A DNA stretch of 64,000 nt. Source: Glaucostegus cemiculus. Lineage: Eukaryota. The stretch spans positions 1,798,001 to 1,862,000 of the forward strand of contig CDPCPM010000377.1 in NCBI GenBank assembly GCA_976551045.1, read 5' to 3'. The position numbers were made by a program, and so were the translations under genes. The notes under the pieces are model-generated. The model had not been told where the DNA came from and made no database searches. It worked only from the letters and a program-made list of their open reading frames with translations. This document shows positions 24,061-36,850 of the stretch, one piece after another (the stretch's first letter is position 1; the number at the start of each line of letters is the position of its first letter).

Positions 24061-25203
24061 AAAAGATGCGTTTGGTTATTACTTTTCCCTTAGTACTACC
24101 TCAGTGCACTGTTGTTTGGAATGTTCTGTATGGACGGCCCGCAAACAAAAGTTTTTCACTATGTCTTGGTACGTGTGAATAATAAAGCAATTTACCACTG
24201 GGTTTAAGGACCTCAAGCTTAGGGAAGAGAATGAGACAAGCTTGGAATGAGTGGGAATATTGTTGAGAATACCAGACAGAGGATGCGTGTAGGGAGAATA
24301 TCACCAAACAACCCCATTCACCAATTAAAATGTACAATTTATTTCCTGTAATTAACTTTACATCATTAACACATTCACAATGTGCCAGAGTTTGGCTTTA
24401 CTGGTATATTTATATATTTCTGTATAGTTTATGTATATATTTCAGGAAGGATGGGAGATGGTTGGGAACCACATTGAGGGGTCTGCATGCAGCCAGTGAA
24501 AACCACGGGGGGGGGGGGGGGGGAAACTACATAAAGACACGTTCATGTGGGAAGGTGGTCACCACGAGCATCTGGTGAGCTGGGGATGGGTATCTGGGAT
24601 GGGCTTCCAGCAGTCATGGGATCAGTGCAGAGCAGGGGAGAGTCGTATTTTCATTGGCAGAGAGGACAATAACAAGAAGGGGGGGGGGGTAGTTCTGAAA
24701 TAAAGACAAGACACAATCGACTACAGATGCTAGAATCCGGAGCAACAATCTGCTGGAGGAACTCAGCAGGTTGAGCAGCATCTGTGGAGGGAAAGTTGTC
24801 AAAACCCTTTAACAGGTCAAAACTGAGTTCCTCCAGCACTTTGTTTGTGGTGAGAGCAGAATAAATGTTCCCGACCAGAAGGTAGTGAGTCTGGAGCCGA
24901 CGGCTGGGGAACTCACTGAACAGGAGTGGAGGGGAGAATTGTAGCTGTGCGGACACGTGATGTGGTGTAAGCTGCAGAGCAGGAGATGGACAGTGGGACC
25001 AGGCAGGTGGATCTTACAGCCAGCACCGTACGTCACTGATGCTGTGACTGTGGCAGTCAGACAGGATGGCGAGGTTCTGAGTACAGGGTGAAGTGATCTC
25101 ACTGTGGGCTGCAGCTGTCAGTGAACTTCACCCTAAAACCCCTGACAGGGGTGCCTCTGCCTGGTGCAGTTTGACCTGTAGCCTTGGCAATCACACTTTG
25201 TCT

Positions 25204-25236
<33 letters not shown>

Positions 25237-25400
25237 GCTGCCTGTACAACACATCATCCAAACAGTACATGCAGACTGTGTCCATGGTGTCTGGTAGCCA
25301 ACAGACCTCAAAATAATCCACTGTCCCAAACATACCCTGGGTAACAGAGTGTGGATCACAGACTCCTACGTAAAACACTGAGGGAGGGTCACACTGCAGT

Positions 25401-28400
25401 AGTGGCAGTACTGAGTGTGCCCTCCACTGACGGCTGATTTGATGGTATAAAACTAAAAGAGCGGTGTCAGAGGACTTTAAAAGGTGGAGGTGTGTGTGTT
25501 ATCATCTCGAGTGGTGGCTGCAACAGCTTCTCCTCGGGAGAAGACTTTTTCCCGAGAGTTGGGAGCCGATCTTTTGAGTGCTGTGAGTCGCAGTGGCTGG
25601 CAAGGTGCCGTCAGTGGCAAGGTTCCGACTTGTAGGAGCTCAGACTGGCTTGTTTCTGGTCGGAATTATCAACTAGCTTCCTCCCACTGGAGAGCTTGGC
25701 CCAGGGTGTCTGGATGAAGAGTTTCTCGGCGGCTCCTGGACTTTCGTGCGGCAGGAGGAACACCAGATCTGGCCGTTGGCGGCCATTTCGCTGTGTACGG
25801 GAGGGACAGCGCTGGGGTTTCGGCTCACGGACTGCTTATCTGGGGACATCTTCCACCTTTGCTTTCTCTGGACTGCTCTTTGTGGAACTAATTACTGGAA
25901 TACTGCATATCGGACTGGCAGTGTGTTTGGATTTTTTAACTGCGTAGGGACTAATCATGGCTGCCTGTGCCTCGGGCGTGTCGCGGCCTCATTCCTACGC
26001 AGCCGTCACTGGCGGCGTGGCTACTGAGATGTCACCCTTCAGACTGTTGACTTTGAATAACTGTGCGCTGCTCTGTACCTCCATCGATCGGACTGGGCGG
26101 TGGCCTGAGGGCCATGTCTGAGAAGTTAGGGGGGAGGGGCTGGTGTCGTGGCTGTGACTAAGATGTTTAGCAGGCTGGTTTTTGTGCTCCAATCTGAGAA
26201 GGAGGTGTCCTTGGCCTTGGGTAGGGGGCTGACGTCAGGGGATGTCTTTATGCCGGTGGAGACGGTGGGGGCCCCCACGCAGCGGGTCATCCTTTCCGAG
26301 GTCCTCCTCTCCCTGGGTGAGGTGCGGTCGAGCATCACCCCGATGCTGCTCAGGCCGGCCGTGCCTGGCTGTGAGAACGTGTGCTCCTTCAAGCACCCGC
26401 TGTTCATGCAGCTGGAGCACGGCAGGGACGCTGAGGGACAGTTCCAGGTGGAGTACGAGGGGCAGCACTACCGGGTGTTCTGGGCCACCGGCCGTCCGCG
26501 CTGCCATGGCTACCAGGCGTTTGGGCACGTCCGTCGGCATTGTCCCTGGCGCCACCTCGACGGCACGGGGAGCTGCTGCTGGCGCTCCTACCGCGGCCCC
26601 CTCCCCCGCCGTCCCTGCCCCCGCTGCCCCTCCCGTGTCGGGGGGGATGGGGACGAGCGCGGTGCGGGAGGCGGGGAGAGGTGGGCGACTGTCGTGGGAC
26701 GGAAGGCGCGGCGGAAGAGGCATCCCCAGGCCTCACCCCTGGGGGGACAGGAGATGGCGGCCTCCTCCGGTCCTGATCCGGAGGTCCCTGTGATCGCTGA
26801 GGGTCCGCAGGTGCCGGGGGAGGTCGAGGGGGAGGTGGCGGTGGCCGAGGTTTTCTCTGAGATGGAGGTCACCATGCCCCCGCACCCCAGCAGAGTGAAG
26901 CGGCGCCGGAACATTTCCGAGGGGTCGGAGGGTCCGGGCTCGCCCGAGCGGGCGGATTTGCCCCCGGTGAAGACCGTGTGCTCGGCGGGCAGCCCCCCAG
27001 AGTGGGAGGGTGGCGCTGAGGGGGACTCGACTTCTGTGGGGGTCGCGCCCCCCGAGTCGGGCGATCCCGCGGTGCGGGAGCTGTCGGGGGGAGAAGACCC
27101 TCCCTCGGTCATGTGGTTTGTGCGTGCCCGCCAGGGAGGGGTTCGGCCCTGCTGAGGGCCCCTCAGTTCCGGGGTCACCGGAGGGCGGTGAGTCGGCCGG
27201 TGGTGGTCTCGCAGCTAGTGGCCGCCATCGAGGCCGGGAGCCCCGTGTCTAAGGGGGGGGTTGGAACGCCCCTGGGTCTCCGGCCCGCTCGGTGGTGCGG
27301 AGTGGAGGCACCCCAGTTGGGGAGGGGGATGGGTGACCTCCTAATGCTGCTGGTGGGGGGGGGGGGGGGGGGGAGAGACCAGTGTGTGGCACTGGGCGTG
27401 GCCCAGTCGACTCGCGTCCTCCGTTCGGCCTCCGCGAGGGCCAGCGCGCCGCCCGTCCTGGGGCATGGTGACAGTGCACGGGGGTCCGGTCCTGTCCCGT
27501 CTCGGGCTAAGGGTCCGGGGGTGGTGGGGAGCCCTCCGGGCGCCGGCCCCAGGGGTGGCGATTGCCCGGGGGACGGCGAGAGCGTGAGGTGCGGCGAGGG
27601 AGACTCCTTCAATGCGGAGCTGGAGGACTGCCTCGTCCCCGGCGCATCCCGTCACCGTGGAGGACATCCGGGGGTTCCTGGAGGAAACCTGGGGTCGGCA
27701 GCACGGGGACGAGCTGGCTGCTGCCCCCGGGCGGATCTGCCGGGGGTCGTGTGCATCATCCACGCCGCCGTTGGGGGGGTTCAGCACTGGGTAGGAAGGA
27801 GGCGCATCGGTTCAACACCCTACTGAAGGTTCTGGCAGCGAAGTGTATGGTGAGAGGGAACGCGGCGGGGAGCCCTGCTTCTTCCACCCGTAGCGCCAGT
27901 GAAGGGAGCGTAGATTAATCGCACGGTCACAGTCGCCAGCCTGAACATCGATGGCGGCAGGGGGTCTGTCCGCAGGTTCCACCACCTCTCGGCCCTGCCG
28001 GGTGGTACGCAGTGAGCTTCCCGCAGGAGACCCGCACTGTTCTGGGAAACTAGTCCGCCTGGCTCCTGGAGTGGCGGGGGTGGGTGGGGGTCTACATGAG
28101 TCACCTCAACTCCACGTCGAGCAGGGTGGCGATCTTGTTGGCCCCGACCTTCCAGCCGGAGGAATTGATGGTTCAGGAGCTGGTGCTGGGCCGGTTGCTG
28201 CATCTGGCCGTGCGCGTGGACGGCGTGCTGTTGCACTTGGTCAACGTGTACGCCCCCGAGCTCGGCCCGACGCAAGCGGGCTTTTATCAGGAGGTGTCCA
28301 CCTTGGTGGGCTCTTTCGATCAAAGCGAGTGCGTGATCCTCGGGGGCGACTTCAAATGCACCCTCAGGGAGAGGGATCGCTCCGGGCCCCAGAGCAGCCG

Positions 28401-28791
28401 CGCGTCCATGCGGCTGTTGCGGGACCTGGTCAGATCCTTTGATCTAGTCGACGTCTGGCGGAACTTTCACCCGGACTCCCATGTTTTCTCGTGGGGGTCC
28501 GAGGGAGGTGGCGGTTTCCGGATCCATCGGCTATATGTATCTACGGCGCACGTCTCCTGCGTGTCGGCGGCCTCCATGCGGCCGGTGGCGTGCTTGGACC
28601 ACCGCCTGGTGTGGGTGGCGCTCAGTCCGCAGCCCGCGAGGGCAGGGTCCGCGTACTGGCACTTTAACAACCGGCTGCTGGGTGGCTGCTGATTCTGGGA
28701 TTTGTTCCGCCTGTTTTGGGAGGCTTGGAGGGAGCAGCTGAAGGGTTTCTCCTCCCTCCGGCTCTGGTGGGACGTAGGCAACCAAATAAAA
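25401..28791 (+). mobile_element. Tx1-like (L1 clade) non-LTR retrotransposon copy 1, decayed, lacking RT
   Basis: ORF1 from ATG 25957 (frameshifted) with degenerate zinc knuckle CHGYQAFGHVRRHC; APE endonuclease remnants about 27920-28780 (VNVYAP, VILGGDF, DHRLV, YWHFNNRLL); ends in AAATAAAA. Confidence 0.85.
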
Positions 28792-31741
28792 AGTGGCTGC
28801 TCTGAGTGTGCTCTATGCTGGACTCTGATATTTTGCTGAAAAACTGAGTGAATGAGTTCAGAGTACTTTTGGAAGGTGTGGGAGTGTGTGGCCGTCGCCT
28901 GGAGCGGTGGTTGAGACAGCTTTCTTTCTGAGAGAAGGCTGTTTCTTTCCCTAGGACTGGGAGCTGATTTCCAAGCGCAGTGGGAGAGCCAGTGGCTGAA
29001 ACCTCAGCCCAGGGTGAAGAGTTTCTCGGGACTCCTTGGGCTTTTGTGTGACTGGAAGGGCGTCGGCCTGGACTACCGGTGGGTACTTCTGTGCACGCGA
29101 GAGGGAAGGCGCTGGAGTTTTAGCTCACAGACCACACTCGAGAAACCTCCTACCTTTCTCTCCTCTGGGCTGCTCTTTGAAGAGCCGTTTAAAGTGCTGC
29201 TGCTGCTGTAGGGACTCATCGTGGCTGTCTGTACCTCGGGAGGGTTGGAGCCTCGTTCCCAAGCAACCATCGCTGGTCCTGGAGGTGCGGCTACTGAGAA
29301 GACGTTGCCCTTCACACTACTGACTTTGAAAAAGGTGGTGCACTGCAGTGTGCCTCCATCGGTTGGTCTGAGCGGTGGACCACGGGCCACGTCTGAGATG
29401 ATGAGAGGCAGGACAGGCGTAGTCGCGGTCAATAAGATGGCGGTGTTTGTCTTACGTTCTAAGATGGAGGAGTCCTTAGCCTTGGGTCGGAGGGAGTGGT
29501 GGTCTTTATGCCAGTGGAGCTAGTGGGGGCCCCCGCACAGCGGGTCATCCTCTCCGAGGTTTTGCCCCATATCCGGGACGAGGTCCTCCTCCCTCAGGGT
29601 CTCTGGATGGTGGGGAGGTGCGGACTCCAGTTGTGGCGTGAAAACCTCGCCGGAAGAAGCAGCTCCAGGCCTCCCCGCTGGAGGTGCCGGAGCCAACGAC
29701 TCCCCCCGGCCCGGACCTGCAGGACCTCGTGGCTGAGAGTCCTCGGGTGCCGAGGGAGGCCGAAGAGAAGACGGAGGTGCCGGCGGCCGAGGGCCTCTCC
29801 GAGATGGAGGTCACTGTGCCTCTGCACCCCATTGGCCTGAAGTGGCCACGCCACGTGTCGGGGGATGGAGGGACCGGGGTCGCCCAGAGGGACTCGCCCC
29901 TGGCGACCCCCCAGAGATGGAGAGCGGCGCTGAGGGCCCTGACTCAGCTTCGGTCGGGGTCGTGCCCCCCCGCCCTCGAGTCGGTGGGTGAACTCGCGGT
30001 GCGGGGACAGTCGGGGGAGGGGGGCCCACTCTCCGGTGAGGCTGCATGCCTGGAGTGTGTGCCCTCCGAGGAGGGGGTCAGACCCACTGAGAGCCCTGCG
30101 GTTCCCGGGTTGCCCAAGGGAGGGGCGTTAGCCGAGGGAGTGGCCTCCCAGACCGTGGCCACCACTGAGGATCCCACGAAGGAGCGTGTGGCCCGTGTCT
30201 GAGGGGGGTCGGGGTGCCAAGTCGCCAGCCCAGTCGGTGGTGGTGTGAGCGTACCCCTGTGAGTGAGGAGGGTGGAGACCCCTACCAGTGCTGCTGACAA
30301 GGGGAGAGACCAGGGTGGGATTAGCCATGGCCCCGTTGACACCCGTCCTCCATTCGAGCTCCGCGAGAACCCGCCCTTGGGGTGGGATGCGCGGGGCAAA
30401 GTGGTGTCGATGTGCAGGGGTCCAGTCCTGCCCCACCTCGGGACCAGGGGCCGGGTAGACTCCTAGACCTGGAGGCGGGATCTCCTCCTGCTGCTGACCC
30501 CGGGGGTGGGGTCGCCCCTGAGGTGGGACCATCCGAGAGGATCACTCCCCATTTTCAGGTGGGCACGGTGCCTGGTGGCGGCACCTGCCCAGAAGTAGAC
30601 GACAGCTTTGGAACCAGTGATGGGGGCAAGGGTGACTCCAATGACAAGCTGGAAGACTACCTCGTCCGTGGCACCGTGTCACAGCCCATCACTGTGGCGG
30701 ACATCCGGCAGTTCCTGGAGAACACCTGGAAGAAGCAGAACAAGGCAAAACTAGCCACCTCCCGGTGGGGGAATCTGCCTGGTGTCGTATGGTCCATCCG
30801 TGCCATACTGGAGCAGGGCAAGGGATCAGGTCAGGACTGGCAGGAGAAGCGCCGGTTCAGAGATCAGAGGGTACTTGAAGCTGAGTGCAGTGTGCAGGGG
30901 TGCTCAGTGGGGAGCCCTGCTCCCTCCACCTGTAGCGCTGAGGAAGGTAATGCACAGCAGCCATCATGAAGATTACCGTCGCCAGCCTGAACATCAATGG
31001 CAGCAGAGGGTCTCTCCACAGGTTCCACCACCCCTCGGTCCTGCGGGATAGGAGGTACACGGTGAGTTTCCTGCAGGAGACCCGCACCGTTCCAGGAGAA
31101 CCGTGCCTGGCTCCTGGAGTGGCGCGGTGGGGTCTACGTAAGTCACCTCAGCTCCACTTTGAGCAGGGCGGTGATCTTGTTGGCCTCGACCTTCCAACCT
31201 GAAATATTGAAGGTTCAGGTACTGGTGCCGGGCCGTCTGCTCCATCTCGCCGTGCGCTTGGATGGCGTGCTGTTGCACTTTGTCAACGTGTACACCCCAA
31301 GCTCAGCCCGATGGAAGCACCTTTCTTTTGAGAGCTGCCTGCCTTGGTAGAGTCTTTTGAAAGTGGCGATTGCGTAATCCTTGGGGGCGATTTTAACTGC
31401 ACCCTCAAGAAGGATCACTCCAGGCCCCAGTGTAACCATGCGCCCGTGAAGCTGCTGCAGTACTCGGTCGGATCCTCTGCGCTAGTCGACATCTGGCGGA
31501 ACCTCCACGCAGACTCTCGTGGAGGTCTGAGAGAGGTGGAGGTTCGTGGATCGATCAGATATACATGTCCAAGGTACACGTCTCCTGCATGTCAGTGGCC
31601 TCCACGCCGCTGATGGCGTGCTTGGACCACCGCCTGGTGTGGGTGGCACTCAGTCCGCTGCCTGTGTGGGCGGGGTCCGCATACTGGCATTTTAACAACC
31701 GGCTGCTGGATGACCGCCGATTCCAGGACTCATTCCACCTA

Positions 31742-32789
31742 GTATGTTTAGGAATAGTCAGCATGGCTTTGTCAAGGGCAGGTCCTGTCTTACGAGTCTG
31801 ATAGAACTTTTTGAGGTGACTAGCCCTTACTGTTTGTCATTTTTATAAATGACCTGGATGAGGAAGTGGAAGGGTGGGTTAGTAAGTTTGCTGACAACAC
31901 GGTTGGGGGTGTTGTGGATAGTTTGGGGGGCTGTCAGAGGTTGCAGAGGGACATAGATAGGATGCAGAGTTGGGCTGAGAAGTGGCAGATGCAGTTCAAC
32001 CCAGATAAGTATGAAGTGGTTCATTTTGGTAGGTCGAATATGTTGGTGGAATATAGTATTAATGGTAGGACTTTTGGCACTGTGGAGGATCAGAGGTATC
32101 TTGGGGTCAGAGTCCATAGGACGCTCAAAGCGGCTGTGCGGGTTGACTCTGTGGCTAAGAAGGCATATGGTGTATTGTCCTTCATCAGTTGCGGGATTGA
32201 ATTTAGGAACCGAGAGGTATTGCATCCGTTGTATAGGTCCCTGGTCAGGCCCCACTTGGAGTATTGTGTTCAGTTCTGGTCGCCTCACTACAGGAAGAAT
32301 GTGGAAGCCATAGAGAGGGTGCAGAGGAGGTTTACGAGGATGCTGCCTGGAATGAGGAGCATGCCTTATGAGAGCAGGTTGCGGGAACTCGGCCTTTTCT
32401 CCTTGGAGAGAAGGAAGATGAGGGGGTACCTGATAGAGGTGTATAAGATGATGAGAGGTATGGATAGGGTAGAGAGTCAGAGGCTTTTCCCCAGGGCTGA
32501 AATGGTGGCCACAAGAGGACATAGGTTTAAGGTGCTGGGGAGTAGATGTAGAGGAGATGTCAGGGGTAAGTTTTTTACTCAGAGAGTGGTGAGTGCATGG
32601 AATGGGCTGCCAGAAAGGGTTGTGGAGGCGGATACGATAGGGTCTTTCAAGAGACTGTTGGATAGGTACATGGAGCAAAATAAGATAGAGGGCTATGGGT
32701 AAGCCCGGTAGTTTCTAGTGTAGGGACATGTTCGGCACAGCTTTGTGGGCCAAAGGGCTTGAATTGTGCTGTAGGTGTTCTATGTTCTA
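31742..32789 (+). mobile_element. 5'-truncated CR1 LINE nested in Tx1 ORF2
   Basis: 278-aa open frame 31866-32702 (KFAD...[17 protein letters not shown]...FFTQRVV); (TGTTCTA)2 tail; Tx1 reading resumes as FHL|FWTAW. Confidence 0.92.
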
Positions 32790-33183
32790 TTCTGGACGGC
32801 GTGGCGGGAGGAACTACGGGATTTCCCCTCCCTCAGGCTCTGGTGGGACGGGGACAAAGCCCACGTCCAAGTTTTCTGCCAGGAACACACGCAGGGAACG
32901 ACCAAGGGGTGGGTCTCGGCTGGGTCCAACCGACGAGGACTTGCCTCTTTGGCGCAGGTATCAGGGAGTGAAGGAGACACTTCGGGACCTGCAGCTGAAG
33001 AGGTCCCGAGGCGCATCCATGCGATCCCGGGTCCAGATGCTGCATGATCTGGACCACGCTTCACCGTTCTTCTACTCTCTAGAACGTTGGCGGGGTGGCT
33101 GCAGGCTGGTTGTGGAGCTGCTGACAGAAGACAGATCCTCCATCACGGATCAGGTGGGAATCATCCAGGAGGTCCACGTTTAT

Positions 33184-33290
33184 CTATAGAAGACGTACGG
33201 GTTGGTTACTTTGGGGGTCTAAAATGGGCGGTGCGGACTCGTTGGGCCATAAGGGCCTGTTACCACGCTGTAAAAAAAATTAAATTAAAT
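33184..33290 (+). mobile_element. Short CR1/SINE-type 3' tail inserted in Tx1 ORF2
   Basis: gggccataagggcctgttacc plus an A/TAAAT tail interrupting Tx1 coding sequence. Confidence 0.55.
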
Positions 33291-35639
33291 TTTTTATGCA
33301 ACCCTGTTCTCGCCTGAACCATCCAGTGAAGATGCATGTGCGACACTGTGGGATGGTCTGCCGAGAGTCAGCCCCGAGGCTCCCCTCAGTCTGGAGGAAC
33401 TGACTGACGCCCTGGACCAGCTGCGACGGGGCAAGGTTCCTCCATGCCTTCTGGGACGTCCTGGGGGAGGACTAGGTGAGGGTGCTGGGCGAGATGCCCC
33501 TCTCCTGGCGCAGGGCAGTCATAGTCCTGCCTCCGAAGGGAGATCTCCGCAGCTTGTGGAACTGGCGCCCGGTGTCTCTCCTCTGCACCAGGTACAAGGT
33601 GTTTGCCCGGGCGCTGGCCAATCGTCTGGGCGCCGTGCTGGCGCAGGTGATCCACCCCGACCAGTCATACATGGTCCTGGGCCAGTCCATCCAGGACAAT
33701 GTCCACCTTGTCCGGAACCTGCTGTACCTGTGCCGGGAGGCCGGGGTGTCGGCCGCCTTTCTCTCCCTCGATCAGAAGGCGTTCGACAGTGGATCACAAG
33801 TACGTGGTCGGTACCCTGCGCGCCTTCAGGCTCGGGCCGCACTTTGCAGCCCACCTCCATTTGCTGTACACCGCTGGGGAGAGCCTCGTCAAGGTAAATG
33901 GGTCCTTGACGGCGCCCTTCTGTTTCGGGAGGAGGGGGCGTCAGGGGTGCCCCATGTCGGGGCAACTGTACTCTGTTTGCGTGGAGCTGTTCCTGTGCCT
34001 TCTTCGGAAGCGCCTGACGGGTCTGGTTCTGCGCAAGCCAGTGATGGCGGTCGTCCTCTCGGCTTACACCGCCGACATCCTCCTCGCGGTCACCGACCTG
34101 GCGGACCTACGGAGGATGTGCGCGTGCCATCGGGTCTACTCGGCTGTGTCCTCCGCCAGGGTCAACGGGGCGAAGTGTTCGGGTCTACTGGTGGGTCCGT
34201 GGCAAGTGGACTCCCTGCCGGAGGATTTGCGGCTCTTTGAGTGGAGCACAACGCACCTCCTCTGCCTGGGGGTCTACCTGTCTGCGGCCGAGGGGTCCTA
34301 GCCGGCAAACTGGCAGAGTTGGGGGCGAAAGTCTCCGCCCAGCTGGGGCGCTGGTCAGGCCTACTTCAGGTGATCTCATACCAGGGCAGGGCACTAGTCA
34401 TCAACCAGCTGGTGGCCTCTATACTCTGGTACCGGCTGGCCACGCTGGTGCCGCCCAACGTCTTTGTCGCCACCACCCAGAGGAGGTTGACAGACTTCTT
34501 CTGGGGTGGCCGGAGGCACTGGGTCTCTGCAGCGGTCCTGAGTCTGCCGTTGGCGGAGGGGAGTCAGTCGCTGGTGTGCATGTGCACCCAGCTGGCGGCC
34601 CTCCGCCTCCCGGCACTGCAGCCCCCGCGGTGGCACATGCTGGCCGCCTATTTCCTCCGCTGGGGACGCTGCCCCCGAGAAGGGGCATGTCTCCCAGTAG
34701 CAGCTGTTGGCCGTACCGTTCTGCTGGAACTGCCTGGGTTATACCGAGAGCTGATGTGGGTGTGGTGCACGGTGCCGTGAGGCGAACGTGTGGCTGCTCC
34801 CCCTCCTGCCACGGCCAGCGCTGGGGCGGGGAGGGGGGTGGGGTTAAGTCAGTTCACCGACACCCCGGCCGCCTGTCACTTCTGCTACCGGGAGGAAACT
34901 GTGTTCCACACATACGCAGAATGCGAGAGGTTGCAGCCCCTCTTTGCATGTCTGAGGGGGCTGCTGCTCAAGTTCTGGCTGCACTTCAGCCTCATGCTGT
35001 TGGTTTATGGGCACCCGGTGTGGCACGGGGATGGCCGTGAGGAAGATCTCCTGGTGGGTCTTCTGCTGGGCCTGGCCAAGCTGGCCATCCATGGGATGGC
35101 GCCGGGCAGCCGAAGCTTCCGGCCCATCTGCCTGCCTGCCCGTCATCCATGCTTACGTGCGCAGGTGTCTCTGGAAAGGGAGCACGCAGCCTCCACGGGC
35201 ACCCTGGCTGCATTCTGTGCTCAGTAGGACCCTCAGGAGATCGTGTGTGTCGTGGACTGTACCAGTGCGATTTTAATCTGAAGTTTTGTGTGTTGCATAG
35301 CGGGCGTAATGTCTCATGTGTGTTCTCATGGGTTTAGTTTACAGTATTCTCTGAAGCTATGTAGTTAATTAGATGATTCTTCTGTAGTAGGTGTATACAT
35401 TTGCTGTGTGTTGTCTTTTGTAACTGCTTTTAACTAATAAACGTTTTGTAAAATAAAAGGGTGGTACTGTGGAGGGTCACACTGAGGGGGCAGGTCTGAG
35501 GGACTGTCCCACTGCAGGAGGGGCAGTGAGGAGGTGGTACGCGGTGGATGCACTGTCTTCGAGATATTAAACCATGGTCCTGTGTTAGTGTTGAGGCCAA
35601 GCCTGACACCACCATCTCGTACTGCCGGTGGAGGAGCCC

Positions 35640-35920
35640 AGCATGGTAGCGGTTAGCGTAACGCTATTACACCGCCAGCAATCCAGGTTCAATACTGGCC
35701 ACTGTCTGTAAGGAGTTTGTACGTTCTCCCCGTGTCTGTGTGGGTTTCCTCCGGGTGCTCCGGTTTCCTCCCACATTCCACAGACACACGGGTTAGGAAG
35801 TTGTGGGCATGCTATGTTGGTGCCGGAAGCGTGGCGACACTTGTGAGCTGCCCCCAGAACACTCAACGCAAAAGATGCATCTCACTGCGTGTTTCTACAT
35901 ACATGTGACTGATAAAGATA
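35640..35920 (+). mobile_element. tRNA-derived V-SINE
   Basis: A-box-like tggtagcggttag, B-box-like ggttcaatac, then the V-domain core tgggtttcctccgggtgctccggtttcctcccac. Confidence 0.75.
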
Positions 35921-36209
35921 TTAGATGTCCACCTGGACAGGCACAAGCAGCAACTCCAACAATAGACCCCCAGCTCTAACCCACACTTCCCCTTCCTAAG
36001 TCATCGCCACTCAGTTAATACTCTGTTTTAAGAACCTCACATCTGCCCACTCACCAAAACTCACTGGAACCTCTGCAACCTCCTCCCAGCTCCCTCCCAG
36101 CTCTGTGTCATTTGTAAACTTGGAGATTATTCTCAACACTGGCGCCCCACAAGTCTGTGTCCTCCGCCCCCTACTCTACTCCCTAAATAACACAACTGCA
36201 TGGCCAGAT

Positions 36210-36850
36210 TCTGCTCTAGCTCCATCTACAAGTTTACAGATGACACCACTGTAGTGGACTGAATCTCAAACAACAGCGAGGTGGAGATAGAGAGCCCAGT
36301 GATACGGTGTCAGGACAACCTTTCCCTCAATGTCATCAAAATGAAGGAGGTGATCATTAACTTATGGTGCAGAGGTGGAGCAATTGCAGAACTGTGGACA
36401 CAGCTCAGCACATCACGGACACCAGCCTCCCTTCCATGGACTCTGTCTACACTTCTCACTGCCTCAGTACAGCAGCCAGCATAATCACAGACGCCACCCA
36501 CCCCGGACATTCTCTCTTCTCCCCCCTCACATCGGGCAGAAGATACAAAAGCCTGAAAGCACGTACCACCAGGCTCAAGGACAGCTTCTGTCCCAGTTAT
36601 CAGACTCTTCAACGGACCGCTCACATGCTAAAGACAAACTCTCAATCCCCCAATCTAACTCGTCATGGCCCTTGCACCTTACTGCCTGTCTGCACTTTCT
36701 CTGTAATGGTAACACTTTATTCTGCATTCTTTCTACTACCTCAATGTACTTATCTGCATGGATGGTATGCAAATCAAGGTTTTACACTGTATCTTGGTAC
36801 ACGTAACAATAATTAATAAATAAACAAATAAATAGATAAATAAATAAATA
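36210..36850 (+). mobile_element. Rex1/Babar-like LINE fragment
   Basis: [39 protein letters not shown]; (AAAT)n tail. Confidence 0.78.

Larger units (their letters stand above)
28792..35458 (+). mobile_element. Tx1-like non-LTR retrotransposon copy 2, near full length, decayed, with nested insertions
   Basis: 5' UTR and ORF1 homologous to copy 1; ORF2 from 30966 (MKITVASLNING); RT motifs WRPVSLLCTRYK, QGCPMSG and degenerate YTAD; C-terminal CHFCYREETVFHTYAEC; AATAAA and A-rich tail. Confidence 0.88.

Noticed and set aside
31827-32678. 283-aa minus-strand ORF
   Set aside because: Antisense shadow of the CR1 RT frame, with no recognisable domain.
25957-35227. Tx1 ORFs as functional or domesticated genes
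   Set aside because: Multiple frameshifts and stops, a degenerate zinc knuckle, YTAD in place of the catalytic YADD, and nested insertions.
35640-35710. tRNA-like sequence
   Set aside because: It is the head of a V-SINE and does not form a complete cloverleaf.
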